Shown piece after piece: positions 11,899 through 24,481 of a stretch of 64,000 nucleotides of DNA. The position numbers were made by a program, and so were the translations under genes. The first letter of the stretch is position 1. Every line of letters starts with the position of its first letter. The notes beneath the pieces were generated by a model. That model ran no database searches and had not been told where the DNA came from. It worked only from the letters and a program-made list of their open reading frames with translations. The stretch lies in the NCBI RefSeq assembly GCF_016433145.1, contig NC_058131.1, positions 244,211,865 through 244,275,864 of the forward strand. Direction: 5' to 3'. This DNA comes from Gracilinanus agilis. Taxonomy: Eukaryota.

Positions 11899-12015
11899 TT
11901 GTTCAATAACATAGAATGCAAACTGCAGACGCTGGCTTTGTAGCATAGGAATCAGATGCCGGAAAAGAACAGGGAGATGCTCATAACGATTTCGAAATGG
12001 GATAAGGATTGCCAC
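11899..12015 (-). CDS. B4GALT5: B4GALT5 exon 5 (117 nt): VAILIPFRNRYEHLPVLFRHLIPMLQSQRLQFAFYVIEQ
   Basis: Acceptor ttatag|GTG GCA; donor GAA CAA|gtaagt; PFRNR motif. Confidence 0.97.
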
Positions 12016-13158
12016 CTATAAAAAAATAGGAGTCCACACAGTTAATCCACAGATCATTTGCCAGCTCTGCTTGGAAACTCAACTCAATTCAAACACTATG
12101 AAGGGCCTATTCAACAGTTGGTTACTGTTGAATATGAAATAGATATATGAATATGGAGATATGAAAATTGAAATAAGTTCCTGACTTTATAGAACAGATA
12201 AACTTTTAAAAAAAGAAAGAAAAAAAAGATAAGAGAAGGGAGAAAAGCAGCAGGTACACAAATAAGAATGATGCAGAGTACATGGTGATAAGTATAAACA
12301 TCCACAATATTTTATAAAACTTAAAGCAGAAGGCAAAGCTAATTTTTATCTGGTGAAGGGCAGGGGGAAATTGGCCTTAGTATAAAGGAAGGCTCTTAGG
12401 TGTTCATAAAATTTAAGGAAGAGGGGAAAGGATAATTTTCATCTGGTGAAAAGCAGGGGAAAAACTGGGGAAAGCTTCCCTAAAAGAGCTGATCCCTAAG
12501 ATCTTGATGAAAGAGAAAGATTTTAACAGGAAAATTCCAATGGGATAGGAATATATTGGTCGGAGCAAGTGGGACTTGCTCCACATATACAGAGGAGGTA
12601 GAGGTAAAGACTAGATCAGAGACCAGCAAGTAGTCCCATGTGACTCAGTGCATGAAAGGGAATTAGTGAAATATTCCTCAAATAAACAAAGTATTTCTAA
12701 TTTCTAAAGATTTTTAGTCTTTTCTAGATTTCAAGTGAATTTCATTACTGGTAAATTAGCTCTAGAAACTGAACTTATACTAGTTTAGATATGACCCAGC
12801 TAATGCAATCTTGTCCCCTAAGTTTCCTTTTCCTCTACCATTCATAAATATTTTCTACCAGCTATTTTATGTCTAGATCAAAACAATACACAGGGGCCAC
12901 AAACACTCATTTTTCTCTGATGTCTCTTCCGGAACCTATGACTAGAATATGAGGTTCCCAATTAAGCTGGCAATTATTCTTTTTTTTTTTAATCGGGGAA
13001 GGGTGGTGTGGGGTGGTGTGTGAAACAGAACAGGGACACCAAAACTTTAGTCCAAGTCACCAAATAAATTAGTGTTTGTTAACAAGACATCTACTTACTG
13101 TTCTACAGACTAGATACAGCTCTCCCATTACTGGTGGCCTGTTCCCAGCAGGTGACCA

Positions 13159-13963
13159 ACATTCCCTGAATCTCTGGGAAGAAGCCAAAAGGCTCCTGTG
13201 TACAGGTCAAAAGGCAATGTGTCTTCATAGGTATCCTGACAATTGTTTTATATCAAGAGAGGCAAAGCCTAATAAACAAGTTTCTTTGCACAAAACAGGT
13301 CATTGGTCAAAAAATCCCTGCCCTGGAGCTGTCCCCTCAAAACCACTAAATGTTTGTTCTTGGATCATTAGCAGTTAAGTGAATTAACAAACATAGGTAT
13401 AGTTTGGTATAGTATAGGAAAGGGTTCTTGGGAGATCCAAGTTCAAATCTCATCTGTGACTTCCTCAACTATGTGAACAGATGAGACAAATGTGGATATT
13501 AAGAGTCATAATAGCTACTTATATATATATATACGCATATATATATATATATAAATGTCNACATTCCCTGAATCTCTGGGAAGAAGCCAAAAGGCTCCTG
13601 TGTACAGGTCAAAAGGCAATGTGTCTTCATAGGTATCCTGACAATTGTTTTATATCAAGAGAGGCAAAGCCTAATAAACAAGTTTCTTTGCACAAAACAG
13701 GTCATTGGTCAAAAAATCCCTGCCCTGGAGCTGTCCCCTCAAAACCACTAAATGTTTGTTCTTGGATCATTAGCAGTTAAGTGAATTAACAAACATAGGT
13801 ATAGTTTGGTATAGTATAGGAAAGGGTTCTTGGGAGATCCAAGTTCAAATCTCATCTGTGACTTCCTCAACTATGTGAACAGATGAGACAAATGTGGATA
13901 TTAAGAGTCATAATAGCTACTTATATATATATATACGCATATATATATATATATATAAATGTC
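13159..13963. repeat. ~401-bp direct duplication either side of the single N at 13560 (probable assembly artefact)
   Basis: 13159-13559 and 13561-13963 appear identical except (AT)8 versus (AT)9; joined by one N. Confidence 0.93.
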
Positions 13964-14089
13964 ATATATATTACACACATATATACTATATTATATATAT
14001 AAAACTTTAAGCACCCTATCAGGAGTGCTTATAATATAAATGAGCCTCCTAGACTGGTTTACCTTCTGGTAAACTGGACTCTAGTTTAC

Positions 14090-14214
14090 CTTCCAACGAG
14101 GCACGCAATCACTGGGCTTCCAATGACCTCCAAGCTTGATGGCAGGGTCTCTAGAGAAGAATTCATGGATGTCATCCATTCTGATTTCACTCATATTTAT
14201 ATCTATTGGACCCT
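14090..14214 (-). CDS. B4GALT5: B4GALT5 exon 4 (125 nt): KGPIDINMSEIRMDDIHEFFSRDPAIKLGGHWKPSDCVPRWK
   Basis: Acceptor cttcag|AG GGT CCA; donor TGG AAG|gtaaac; GGHWKP..C motif. Confidence 0.96.
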
Positions 14215-14867
14215 CTGAAGATAAAAAAGAAAGGATTGAGAAAATTCAGAAAATCCACATACCAGTGTGCTACTCTGCAGTTGTCCCAAAGTTTTCCAAG
14301 CACTTAAAAAATGCTAGAGATCCCATCATCTCATCTCTAGCTCATTATGTGTCAGCTTAACCTCTGGTTACATCTCCCACAGGGTCATGACTAAGACAAA
14401 CCAATACAGCAGCTAAAAATGATTGCTCAATCCTCTTTCCCTCACAACCAGGCAACCTAAATCTTCTCATTCATGGAAAGTTGCTAGAAACCCTATATAG
14501 AATCATTCAATTAAGACTACCTGCTAAAAAAGGAGTGAGAAATAAACAATAATCTACAAAAGTCCTGTCAATTTAATACAGGACAAAGTTATACTCCCAA
14601 AGAAAGTACAGGTTCACAGTTTCTGATGTCATTCTCCAGTGAGTCTAGGCTCAAGGTACCATACATGGGCTTTTTATATTATTTTGTATGAAGAAGTAAG
14701 GCTGTGGGGCAAACTGTGAAAAGAATTGAGATTATAAATACAGATTGATTTTACCACTTAAGCTATATATGAAATCAAGATCAAATAAAAAAAAATTTTG
14801 AACCCCTTCAAAAAAAAAAAAAAAAGCAAACGAATTGGCCTGCTGAGGAAAAAGATATATCCTAGTG

Positions 14868-15083
14868 CAGTGATGACAAACCTTTTAGAGACCAAGTGTC
14901 CAAACTGCCACCCTCACACCACATGTGAGCCCCAGGCCTTAACCCAGACAGGGGAGGGAGGAAGTATTCCCACTGGGTTGCTGGGCAGAGGGGCGGACAT
15001 GTGAGAAATGTCCTCATGCACCTATGGAGTGGGGAAAGGAAGCAGCCTGCTCTGGCATGTGTGCCATAGATTCACCAACACAG
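14868..15083. mobile_element. hAT MITE, OposCharlie1-like (216 bp)
   Basis: TIRs cagtgatgacaaacct / gtgccatagattcaccaacacag; TSD tcctagtg/ccctagtg. Confidence 0.85.
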
Positions 15084-16313
15084 CCCTAGTGGATGTCACA
15101 GGTGTGAGCCTAGCAATGACACTGTGCATGGCTTAGGCTGAAAATAATAAAGATGGCAAACAAATTCTGATAGTAATTTTTAGGCAAAACCACCTAAATT
15201 TTCTTCTGTTTTAATTTAGTTTTGTTTGTTTACTTACATAAGCCACGAAAGAGACAAAAATCCCAAAACTCTAAAGGGAATACCATTAAAACTCATGTGC
15301 ACCCATGCTGAAAGGCTAAAAATATACATTTAAATAATGCTTTATTAAGTCTCTATTCCCAATAATGCCAGAATCATAAACATCCACACTTTGCTTAACC
15401 ATCAATACAGATATTCTGCCAAAGCCCAAGGTTTCATTAAGGCACGGTAAATCCTGATTTCTCAGAGACATAGTGTGGGCACTGGCAGTTTTGACCAAGT
15501 TCTGACATCTTTATTAGAGTAACCCCAGGAAAAGCTCACTATCATTCCATCACTCATCACATGATTTTTTCCCTAGCCCCAATAACTCATGCAGGTCACC
15601 CACTAAGGTATATAATAATGAGTTGAGCCTTATTAAAGGGAATGCTCAAAAATCTTTTTGGGTACTGAGGTTGGGGTGGGGGGTATACATGGGTGTGCGT
15701 ACATGATTGCATGTGTCCACATATGCACACACATGCACATATATCCACATGCATGCATAATTTAAATACAATTCCATCTTTTTCAATACTTCCACCTTGG
15801 TAGGACCTTGAACAGATTGTGCTCTGTAGGTATAACCTCTAATAACAGAGAGATACCTTCAAGCCACAAAGACTTTAGAGGAAGAATTGTAGGGAGTGAG
15901 GAGCTTAAAACTAGGGAACAATATTAATAATAACGAAAACATGTAAATGAAGACAACATTAAAAGGCAGCCAAATAGAGCTTAAATATATTAAATAGTCT
16001 TGGTTCTAGAGGATTCATAATGAAATGCACCTCCATTCTATCAGTAGAAACAGGAGAAAACAGATGTGGAACATTATAAATTCTGTCAGCCACTCAATCA
16101 GCTGGTTTTGCTCAACTACTTTGTTACAATAGAGGGTTCTATGGACATAGGTGGGTGTTGGGAATTATCTGATGTTAAAAAAAAAAAAAAGAAGGAACTG
16201 ATTGGACATTTTTCAAGAGAAATTTTGTTTTAAAGAAATAAAACGCAGGGAAGATTGATCATTGGCAGAAGTATGGGAAGATGAGATGGGGGAGGGGAGG
16301 CGCCAATACTCAC

Positions 16314-16427
16314 TCATAGAAGGGAGTCTTTCAGGGCAGGTATGGTTTGCAAAGTACGTAAAGTCTTCAGGAAGAAAAGTTGTGGTTTGCAGGAAGGTTT
16401 CACTATGATTCAAGTCAAGAGGATAAT
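16314..16427 (-). CDS. B4GALT5: B4GALT5 exon 3 (114 nt): DYPLDLNHSETFLQTTTFLPEDFTYFANHTCPERLPSM
   Basis: Acceptor ccctag|AT TAT CCT; donor ATG A|gtgagt; lies within ORF-track hit 16213-16413. Confidence 0.97.
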
Positions 16428-19396
16428 CTAGGGGTGGGGGAATGGTAAAGAAAAAAAGAAAAGCAATCTCAGATGAGAAATTTTAGATATCTTGTGACTT
16501 TTCCTACCAACCAAAGGCAAACTTTTTTCTTTAGATAGGACTCTAGGCAAAAAGCAGGGATTTACCCCAAATAGATATGGTTTGTAATGTATTAGATGAC
16601 CCCCCCCCCAAAAAAAATGTTACCTAGTTTTCTGGTAATACCCGAAGCAGTTTTAAAAATACTTACCACTTGTTCAGCAATGAATGTGAATCATCTACTT
16701 CTCATTTATTTATTAAAGTGGTTCTTGCCCACAAAACTGTAGGTTTGTTCATTTGTGATTCAGTTTAATTTCTTTTGAATTCTGAACTTCATCATTACAT
16801 GAAAAATAAATGGTTGCTTGACTTCCCTTCTAGCCCTTGAATTCCAGGACCATACTTACAACATGGATGTTCAGAAGTACAATGAAGACGGCTTCACCAT
16901 TAAGTATCTGACCTATAGGTGAACTCTCCTGCCTATTCTATGTCCTCCAATCAGAATGTGAGCTCCTTGAGAAAAGACACTCTTGTTTTTCTCAATTTGT
17001 ATCCTCAGCATTTAGCAAAGTATATCACATATAAATAAGCCTATAATAAATCTTCATTCATTCATTTACTCACTAGTCCAGAGGCTACCTTCTCTTAATG
17101 AAACCTACCCCGATACTTCCCTGCAGAAATGACTTTCTTTTCCCTTTAAGCTTTGCATGGCCTTTTTTGGTTCTTCTGTTAAATTCTTATTTTTAAAATT
17201 TGCATTAAAGATATATGTTTAAGTTACAGACCCCTTACCAGGCTATAAGAACTCTGTCTCATTTATCTTGGGATTCCAAAGCCAGCTCCAGCAAAGGGCC
17301 TTCACAGAGAGGTACTTTAAAAACGTTTATTAATTCTTACAAATAAAAGAGTATCCATTAATTTCAAATCACTGCTACCTACTTCACAACTGCTGGGGGT
17401 GAGGGGGAGTTCAATGGAGAACATACTTGGAGAGAATTTTAGTAGGGACAAGTTATAGGGGTCACAGAAATTCTATACTCCTTACTACATTAAAAAAAAA
17501 ACTTTCCTGGGATAGAGAGCAAAGCAGTGCCTGGCCCGGAGACAAGCATTCATTCCAAATCTGGCAGAGAACAAGTGGCAAGCAACCTTGAACAGGAAGG
17601 AAGGGCTGTTTGTACACTGTCTTCTTGACAATCTTTAGTCATCACATCCCAGAGTCCTAAACCAGAAAGCTCACAGTCCACATAATAAGCTCCCAACTTC
17701 AATTACCACTTTGATAGATTAGATAACATGATGTTTATTCTTTTAATTGATTATTCATCATACTTAAAACAGTTGTTGAGTATATTTTTTGCTTCGATTC
17801 TACTCAAACATTAAGCTTTCAAAGTGAGAACAGAAAGAAAACAAAGATCCTTATTCTCTCCCTCAAGGACCTTACAACAATTCACATTTGTATTAATGCC
17901 TTCTTTCCTCCCAATTGTCTTGGCAAGGTATATAACAAGTTATTATTATAATCTCTATTTATAAAGCAGATACAGACTCAGAAATGTTAAATGACTTGCC
18001 TAGGGTCACACAGCTGGGCTCCTAGACCAGGTCTCTCCTGTCACAAATACACTGAAACCCTGCCTCCCAAGTGAGGCAATGTGCAGCAAGATAGGCGGGA
18101 GAAAGAGTCAGTCTCAGGAGTCAGGGCAACCAATCAAGAAAATAAGAAAAAGATAAGAGAATCCGGAAGAGCAAAAATGCCAGGTAACAATGTGAGGGAG
18201 AGAACACTTCCAGTAAAGTGAACAGAGAAGTCTTTATGGTTTTAAGAAAAATCATTGAGGAAGTTTTCTTGGAAAGAAAATAAAATAGCTACAATTACAT
18301 TTTGCTTATATTATATAAACAAAACATCTAACTCAAGTACATTAAGCACAGTAAACATTCCTCATGAACAAGCTAACCAACCAGAAGACAGGTTTCTAAG
18401 CATTAGAGCTATAACCTCCAGAAAAAAACATAATTTTTCTCTGAGCCTATTGACAGTTAATGTACCTAGAGTTTGAGGTCTGGACTTTAAGTAAAATTCC
18501 TTTTATTGAACTGCCATATAAAAAGTAAGCCACTTCTCACAGAATCCTTAAGTGTTGAAAGGAGTCCTTAGAGGACATCTAAACCATAAATCTCTTCCAC
18601 TGTACGTGGTTGCATCCTTGAACAATTCTCTAGGATCTGCTTCAAGTCCACCAGTTGCACAGACTCTTCCAAAGGAGCATCTGAATCAGTGGGACAGCTC
18701 TCATTGCTAAGACTGTCCTCTATAGTGAAGTAAAATCTGCTTTATTGAAATCCTTACTGGTCCTGGCTCGACCCACTAGGACAGAGAAGAATAAGTCTAA
18801 TTTTGCTTTCATCTAAATCTTCCATATGAATCCTTCCCACATGCTACTCAACTCTTCTAAAGATGGAGGGGGAGGAAAGATTAAGTGCTCATAGATTGCA
18901 TTGTAAAGTAGCTCCTTTGTACATGGTGTAATTAGTGGTAGGCCTACACACACACCTCCCACTCCAGCAGCAAAAAAGTGTCAGGATTTCAAAATCAGAA
19001 ATATCTTCTGATGCAAAATCAGTTGCATATCTTCAAAGTGGCACTTATTTCATCTTTGTATCCCCAGGCCCAGCATAGTTACCTTGAACATACAAAGATT
19101 GTAATAAATTATTTGCTGTTGAATTTTTAAAATCAGCTCCCTACTTCTGTCAGCACATTTTACTGCATGGACAACCTTCAGAGAGAGGACAAGATTTCTG
19201 AACTTCTAGACCAGGGTTTTTCTTTTTCCACTAAATCTAATTCCTTTCGAAACAAAACATGTTCTTCCTCCAAAAAAACAGATGGTAGAAACATTTGCAT
19301 TTATAAAGCATAAGAATAGGCATCCTCACTAAGGAACCACGTAGACATTAACACCAGGTAGCTAATAGTAACATCCTTACACAAAGATATGCTCCT

Positions 19397-19586
19397 GGGG
19401 CAGCTGGGTAGCTCAGTGTAGTGAGAGTCAGGCCTAGAGACAGGAGGTCCTAGGTTCAAACCCGGCCTCAGCCACTTCCCAACTGTGTGACCCTGGGCAA
19501 GTCACTTGACCCCCATTGCCTAGCCCTTACCACTCTTCCACCTAGGAGCCAATACACAGAAGTTAAGGGTTTAAAAAAAAAAAAAA
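19397..19586 (+). mobile_element. Young SINE1_Mdo-like SINE with poly(A) tail and 14-bp TSD AAAGATATGCTCCT
   Basis: TSD at 19383-19396 and 19587-19600; tRNA-derived A/B boxes and CORE. Confidence 0.95.
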
Positions 19587-19934
19587 AAAGATATGCTCCT
19601 CACTCAACCCTAGTAGTACATGCCAAGATTTTGCCTTTTTTGAGTCTTCTAGTATTTTACTTAAAACAAGCAGTGGTCAGTGGGTTATGGCAAATGATTC
19701 AAAGACCACTGTCTTTCCTCAGACCCCAAAGGACAGAGTTTAAGGTCCTAAACCCAAGAGCCTGGGGAACAGCAGTGTCCCCTAAACTACCAGACTTGTT
19801 TTCCAGTCCTGTTTCTGAAGCCATCACTCAAAGAAGAAATCATTTTGGAGAAGGGGCCTACCTTCCCTATTATCACCAACAACAAGCAGAGAAACATGAG
19901 AGGCCTAGGAATAGCAGTACCCATTCCTCTAGAT

Positions 19935-20147
19935 CAGTAATGGGCAAACTATGGCCTGTGGGCCAGATGGGGGGAGGAGGGGGCCTGAAATGTTTTATCT
20001 GGCCCTGGGACATTATTCCTAATCTGATGAATACAATGAGTAGGATACAGTACAATGAAACTTCAAAAGAGTTGCCTTAGAAACAGACTGACAAGATGAG
20101 CATTTCGTTTCCTTTGGCCCCCTCTTTAAAACGTTTGCCCATCACTG
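19935..20147. mobile_element. hAT MITE family A, copy 1 (213 bp)
   Basis: TIRs cagtaatgggcaaac / gtttgcccatcactg; perfect 8-bp TSD CTCTAGAT. Confidence 0.93.
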
Positions 20148-21839
20148 CTCTAGATCAATGGTACTGCTTCCCAACCACTGCCCACAGCTATCATCTAGGA
20201 AGACAACTCCATTGAAGGGCCAGCCATTCTCACCAACTTCCAACCCATTTTCCTACAAAGGTCAGGTAAGCTAGCCTAACTGAGTCAGCAAGACACCCTG
20301 AGGGGCAGATGTGCCAGGCAAGTCAAATCACCACCAACATTTTGATCATCATTGCCACTTGACTGTGATGGAGACGGCTCAGGATCCTAAACCCAAAAGA
20401 CTTTGGAAAGGAAATGCTTTCAGCCCAGTATCTTGTAGCTAGCCATCATCCTGGGAAGTACCCTCTATGGAAACATAACCTGGCAACTGCTCCTTCAGGT
20501 AAGTGTATAGCCACATCTACTGAAGACCCAGAAAAGATAAAATTCTCACCACCCAAATCCTTAGCATTGTCAAATGGTTGAAAATCAGAAACTGTTTTGA
20601 TTTTATCAGGGGAAATGACATAAAAGAAACATTAACATTTGCTTTACTGCTCTTTCCTATGAACCATGGAATGTTTTTGTCTGACTTGCAGCTCAAACCT
20701 TCTATAGGTCATCTTCCCAATTAGAATGTGTGCACCTTGAGACTAAGGCATGTCTTACTTTCCTATCTGTAGTCTCAGTGTTTAGTACAGTACTTCACAT
20801 AGTAAGCACTTAATAAATTACTAGTTAATTCATTCAAAGCACCTCTATACTCAAAAGCAAACAATTTCATTTTGGAAGGAGATACCATAAGATTAAGAAT
20901 CATAAAATGTCAGAGCTAGAAGGAATTAGGGAGTATCCAGCTCAAACCTCAAATTTTAAAGAAAAAGAAAATAAGGAATAGAATGTGAGGAAGGTAATTT
21001 TGATGGAGGTTATGCAATCTATTCCCACTAGGGCTGAACCTAGAACCCAGAGCTCTTGATCCTTATTTCATTGCTCTTCCCACTAGTAGACCTTAAATTG
21101 TCCTAATGACCTTTTAAAAAAGTCTGCTGCATAATCTAAAAACAGATTAATGGGAGACAATAAAAAATAACTGGGAACAAGAAGAAGCTATTGGTAAGTA
21201 AAGACAATTAGAATATGCTTAGAATTTGAAACCATCCCAGCAAAAGAAGTTATTTCCCCTTATATTTTAGGAAGTATCAAGCATTTGTCTCTACTACAAA
21301 GACAAGATATTTTCTTAATGTCAGCAGAAGAAAATTATTATCCACATAAGAAAATACTGCAAGGGAAAGTCACAAAATCATGGTGACTGTTCCATTACAA
21401 ATGTAATCTAAGTTATCTACCCTCACTTGGACCTCTAACTGCTGCTCAGCTCTTCTTAGGCCTCACAGCAACTACTTCAAATTTTTCTAATCTCGAGCCC
21501 CTAAAATCCCTTTAGAATCAACTTTACTGACAAAGTCAAGGCCCTCAATCCTATAATCCTATAATCATTCTTACTCCTTTTTAGGACTATCCCTATGTCC
21601 AAGATTCTCTGTCTACCTTAGGGTTTTGGAACCAAAAAACCCTTATTGATGGTACTGAGCATTCAAAGAGTTATTCTAGCATGAGGGAAAAGGGCAGTGG
21701 GTACTGAGAAGGAATACTAGCAACTGGAGTTATAAAAGGTTATATCCCTTGGCTTCCTACTCTGGGTCTATTAACAGAAGAGACCATCAATCTCTCAAAA
21801 AAAAAAAAAAGAAAAACAAGTTGTGTTTAAAGTAGTCTT

Positions 21840-21980
21840 TTGGGAATATTTAGATGGCTCAATGTATCAAAAGCCAGAACCAGAGAAGGGAGGTCCTGGG
21901 TTCAAATTTAGCCTTAGATACATCCTAGTTGTGTGACCCTGATTAAGTCACTTAATTCCCATTACCTAACCCTTATCACA
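21840..21980 (+). mobile_element. Older CORE-SINE, 3' truncated
   Basis: tagatggctcaatg...ggttcaaat...aagtcacttaa. Confidence 0.75.
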
Positions 21981-22923
21981 ATGTTGTAAGGCACTTTGTT
22001 TTTAATAAATAAACATGAAGTAGCTTATTATTTGTGCAAAATGAATCCCATGTTTTTTAACCAAAAAACAGAAAAAGACCCCTATAACTTTGATATGCAA
22101 CAATTTCGGGTGAAAGTGCCTTTCTCATCATAATCTCTAAATCTAGTAAACCAGGAAAATTAGAGTAATAATAAGTTACTCAGTAGAACATCTAAGGACA
22201 AAAGGCTCAACTTTCAGAAGCAGAGTTTCCCTTTAGTTTAAGTATCATCAATTGTCTCCTTATTTTCATTTTGTGTGTTAGCCTGGACCTGCAGATCATC
22301 TTTTAGAGTATTTACTGGAAGAAGTTCCTTCTTAATAACTTGAATGGGTTTCATAAGCTCTCAAGTTCTTTGTTGTTATTTTAAGTACCCTTTCCTTCCC
22401 CTAAAGACTACCAGGTCCCTACTATAGAATAACTAATTTCTTAAATGGGAAAACTTACACACAAGACTTTTCAAACCTTCAAACACTAGATAAATGCTAA
22501 CTTTATTCTTATTTCGACTACATGATGAGAAGAGAAATTAGACAAAGGACAAACTTGGTTGTGGGGCAGAAAGAGACCTCAATAACTCACTTGCTTATTC
22601 ATTTTTCAGGGCAAACTGAATCCGCTCAATCCTAATTCACTTATTCATTTTATTCCCAACCCTAGGAAGAGTGAACAAGTTAACAGAACTTATTTCTTCT
22701 TGATAAAAGTGTTTAAGCAAATGGATACATCTTTGAAACAACATTTCTTGATGTTTGCAGAAGACCAAGAGGCTATACTTGGAAGTTGGGTAGCAAATGG
22801 TTTTTGTTTTTGAGAGTGATTCCACTTAGGTCACAACCATAAATCTCTCAAACTTAAATTCCCAGTACACCCATCATGAGATCCTTCCACTTGTCATGAG
22901 AAAAAATTAAATGTCTTCTTTAT

Positions 22924-23311
22924 TGTTATGTCCTGTGAGTTTTGAAATGGCTCTAAACCCTGGGGGACTACATCTCCCAGAACTCTCTACCTTAACTTCC
23001 TCAGACACATCTCACTTCCTTTGTGGAAGGTGTCTGAAAAAGTATAAAAAGAAAAGAGAGCATGGGTTTTGGTGCCTTTTTCCTATAATGGAAGAGAGCA
23101 CCTTTTTTGGAGAAGGGAGGAGAGTACCTTTTACCCCAGAGAGCTAACTCCTGGCTTTCCCAAACATTTCTTTCCCTAACCTAAATAAACCCAGCTTAAA
23201 TATCCCTTTAGTGTGGACTGATTTTTGTTCTGCTCTGAAGGGCTCAGGTTAATTTCCCTACTGGGACTGAGGACTACGCTGGCTACCTTCCTTCCTCCCT
23301 TTTCATCAACA
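22924..23311 (+). mobile_element. Probable solo LTR
   Basis: TGTTATG...CATCAACA termini; gactacatctcccag (ZNF143-like); TATAAAAA at ~23043; AATAAA at ~23184. TSD not resolved. Confidence 0.65.
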
Positions 23312-23465
23312 AAACAGTCCTATTCCTACTCATTTCATATACTCTAGGGCACTTTACCATTGCTCAAAGAACTTGAGCCTCTATTATCTCTTTCTGAACC
23401 TTCTGACTTTCTATGAGGAAGGCCAAGTCAGGGATTATTATCCCCATTTTACAGAAGACATTATT

Positions 23466-24057
23466 GAGGGAATTGAGAAGATTAGGATAGCAAATGGTTA
23501 ACTGTAGTTATTGAATGAATCACACTGACTCCATCTTGTTACTACTCAATTCTGGAGCTAGTCTAGTTCCATTTCTACTGAATTGTGGGTCTAATCCAAA
23601 GTTGTCTTGTGAGGAAAGTTTAATGAACTGTGGGAACTAGGAGAAAACTTTTTTTGCATTGTTTAAACCTAGTCCTGCATGGTTTTACAAAACACCTGTA
23701 CCTGTGCTTAGAGACCTTTAACCAGTGACCTAGATTATGTTAACCAGAAATGCAATCAGATCCTAAGACACCTGCAAGGAGTATTCTCATAATTGTACGT
23801 TTCAAGCAACCATATGTCTTATATGAAAACTGGCCATATTCTGATCAGTTACTGTTTCCATGTTCCTTTGTTTACATAGATACTTGGGAGAAGTGAGACA
23901 TTTCTTTTTCTAAATTGAGAGCCTCGTACCTAATTCACTCTCCCCCTCCCAACTCGTTTGAGAGTCCCAAATCGTTTCTCCAATTAGGAATCAGATTATC
24001 TAAGTTGCATTGTTTCCTTTTAATTAAATGGCCTTATTCAATTATCTTTAATTATAA
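23466..24057 (+). mobile_element. Probable LTR fragment
   Basis: LTR-like gactccatcttg motif and aattaaa near the 3' end. Termini and TSD unclear. Confidence 0.45.
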
Positions 24058-24124
24058 AAGCCTTATTCCCTGTATTTAGGGAAGGAAGGGAATGGCATGT
24101 AAATAAATATATACATAACTCATA

Positions 24125-24480
24125 TTGGTACACAAGCTGTTATAGATTCCATCAAAAGGCAATGGGTATGTAAACTGGAATGACTTCTAGGAATTGATGC
24201 AGAGTCAAAAGAGCAGAACCTGGAGAACATTGTACACAGAGACTGATACACTATGGCAAAACTGAATATAATAAATCTCTGTACTAGTAGCAATGCAATA
24301 ACCCAGGACAATTCTGAGGGATTTATGGAAAAGAATGCAACCCGCATTCAGAGGAAGAACTACAGGAGTAGAAACATAGAAGAAAAACAACTGCTTGAAC
24401 ACATGGGCTGATAAGGATATTATTGCAGAGGTAGACACTAAATGATAACTCTAATCCAACTATCAATAATATGGAAATTG
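24125..24480 (+). mobile_element. L1 3' UTR fragment
   Basis: ggagaacattgtacacagagactgatacact...cagaggaagaactacaggagtagaaac, shared with other L1 3' ends here. Confidence 0.9.
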
Positions 24481-24481
24481 T

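Noticed and set aside
13076-13780. Two near-identical ~100-aa ORFs suggesting a tandem gene pair
   Set aside because: Produced by the assembly duplication around the N; no coding signature.
19397-19470. tRNA-like A/B boxes in SINE heads
   Set aside because: tRNA-derived SINE promoters, not tRNA genes; no cloverleaf. No rRNA, CRISPR or prokaryotic-type systems seen in the window.
19487-20080. 197-aa ORF, the longest non-L1 ORF
   Set aside because: Runs through a SINE tail, poly(A) (KKKKK) and a MITE; composite repeat sequence, antisense to the gene.
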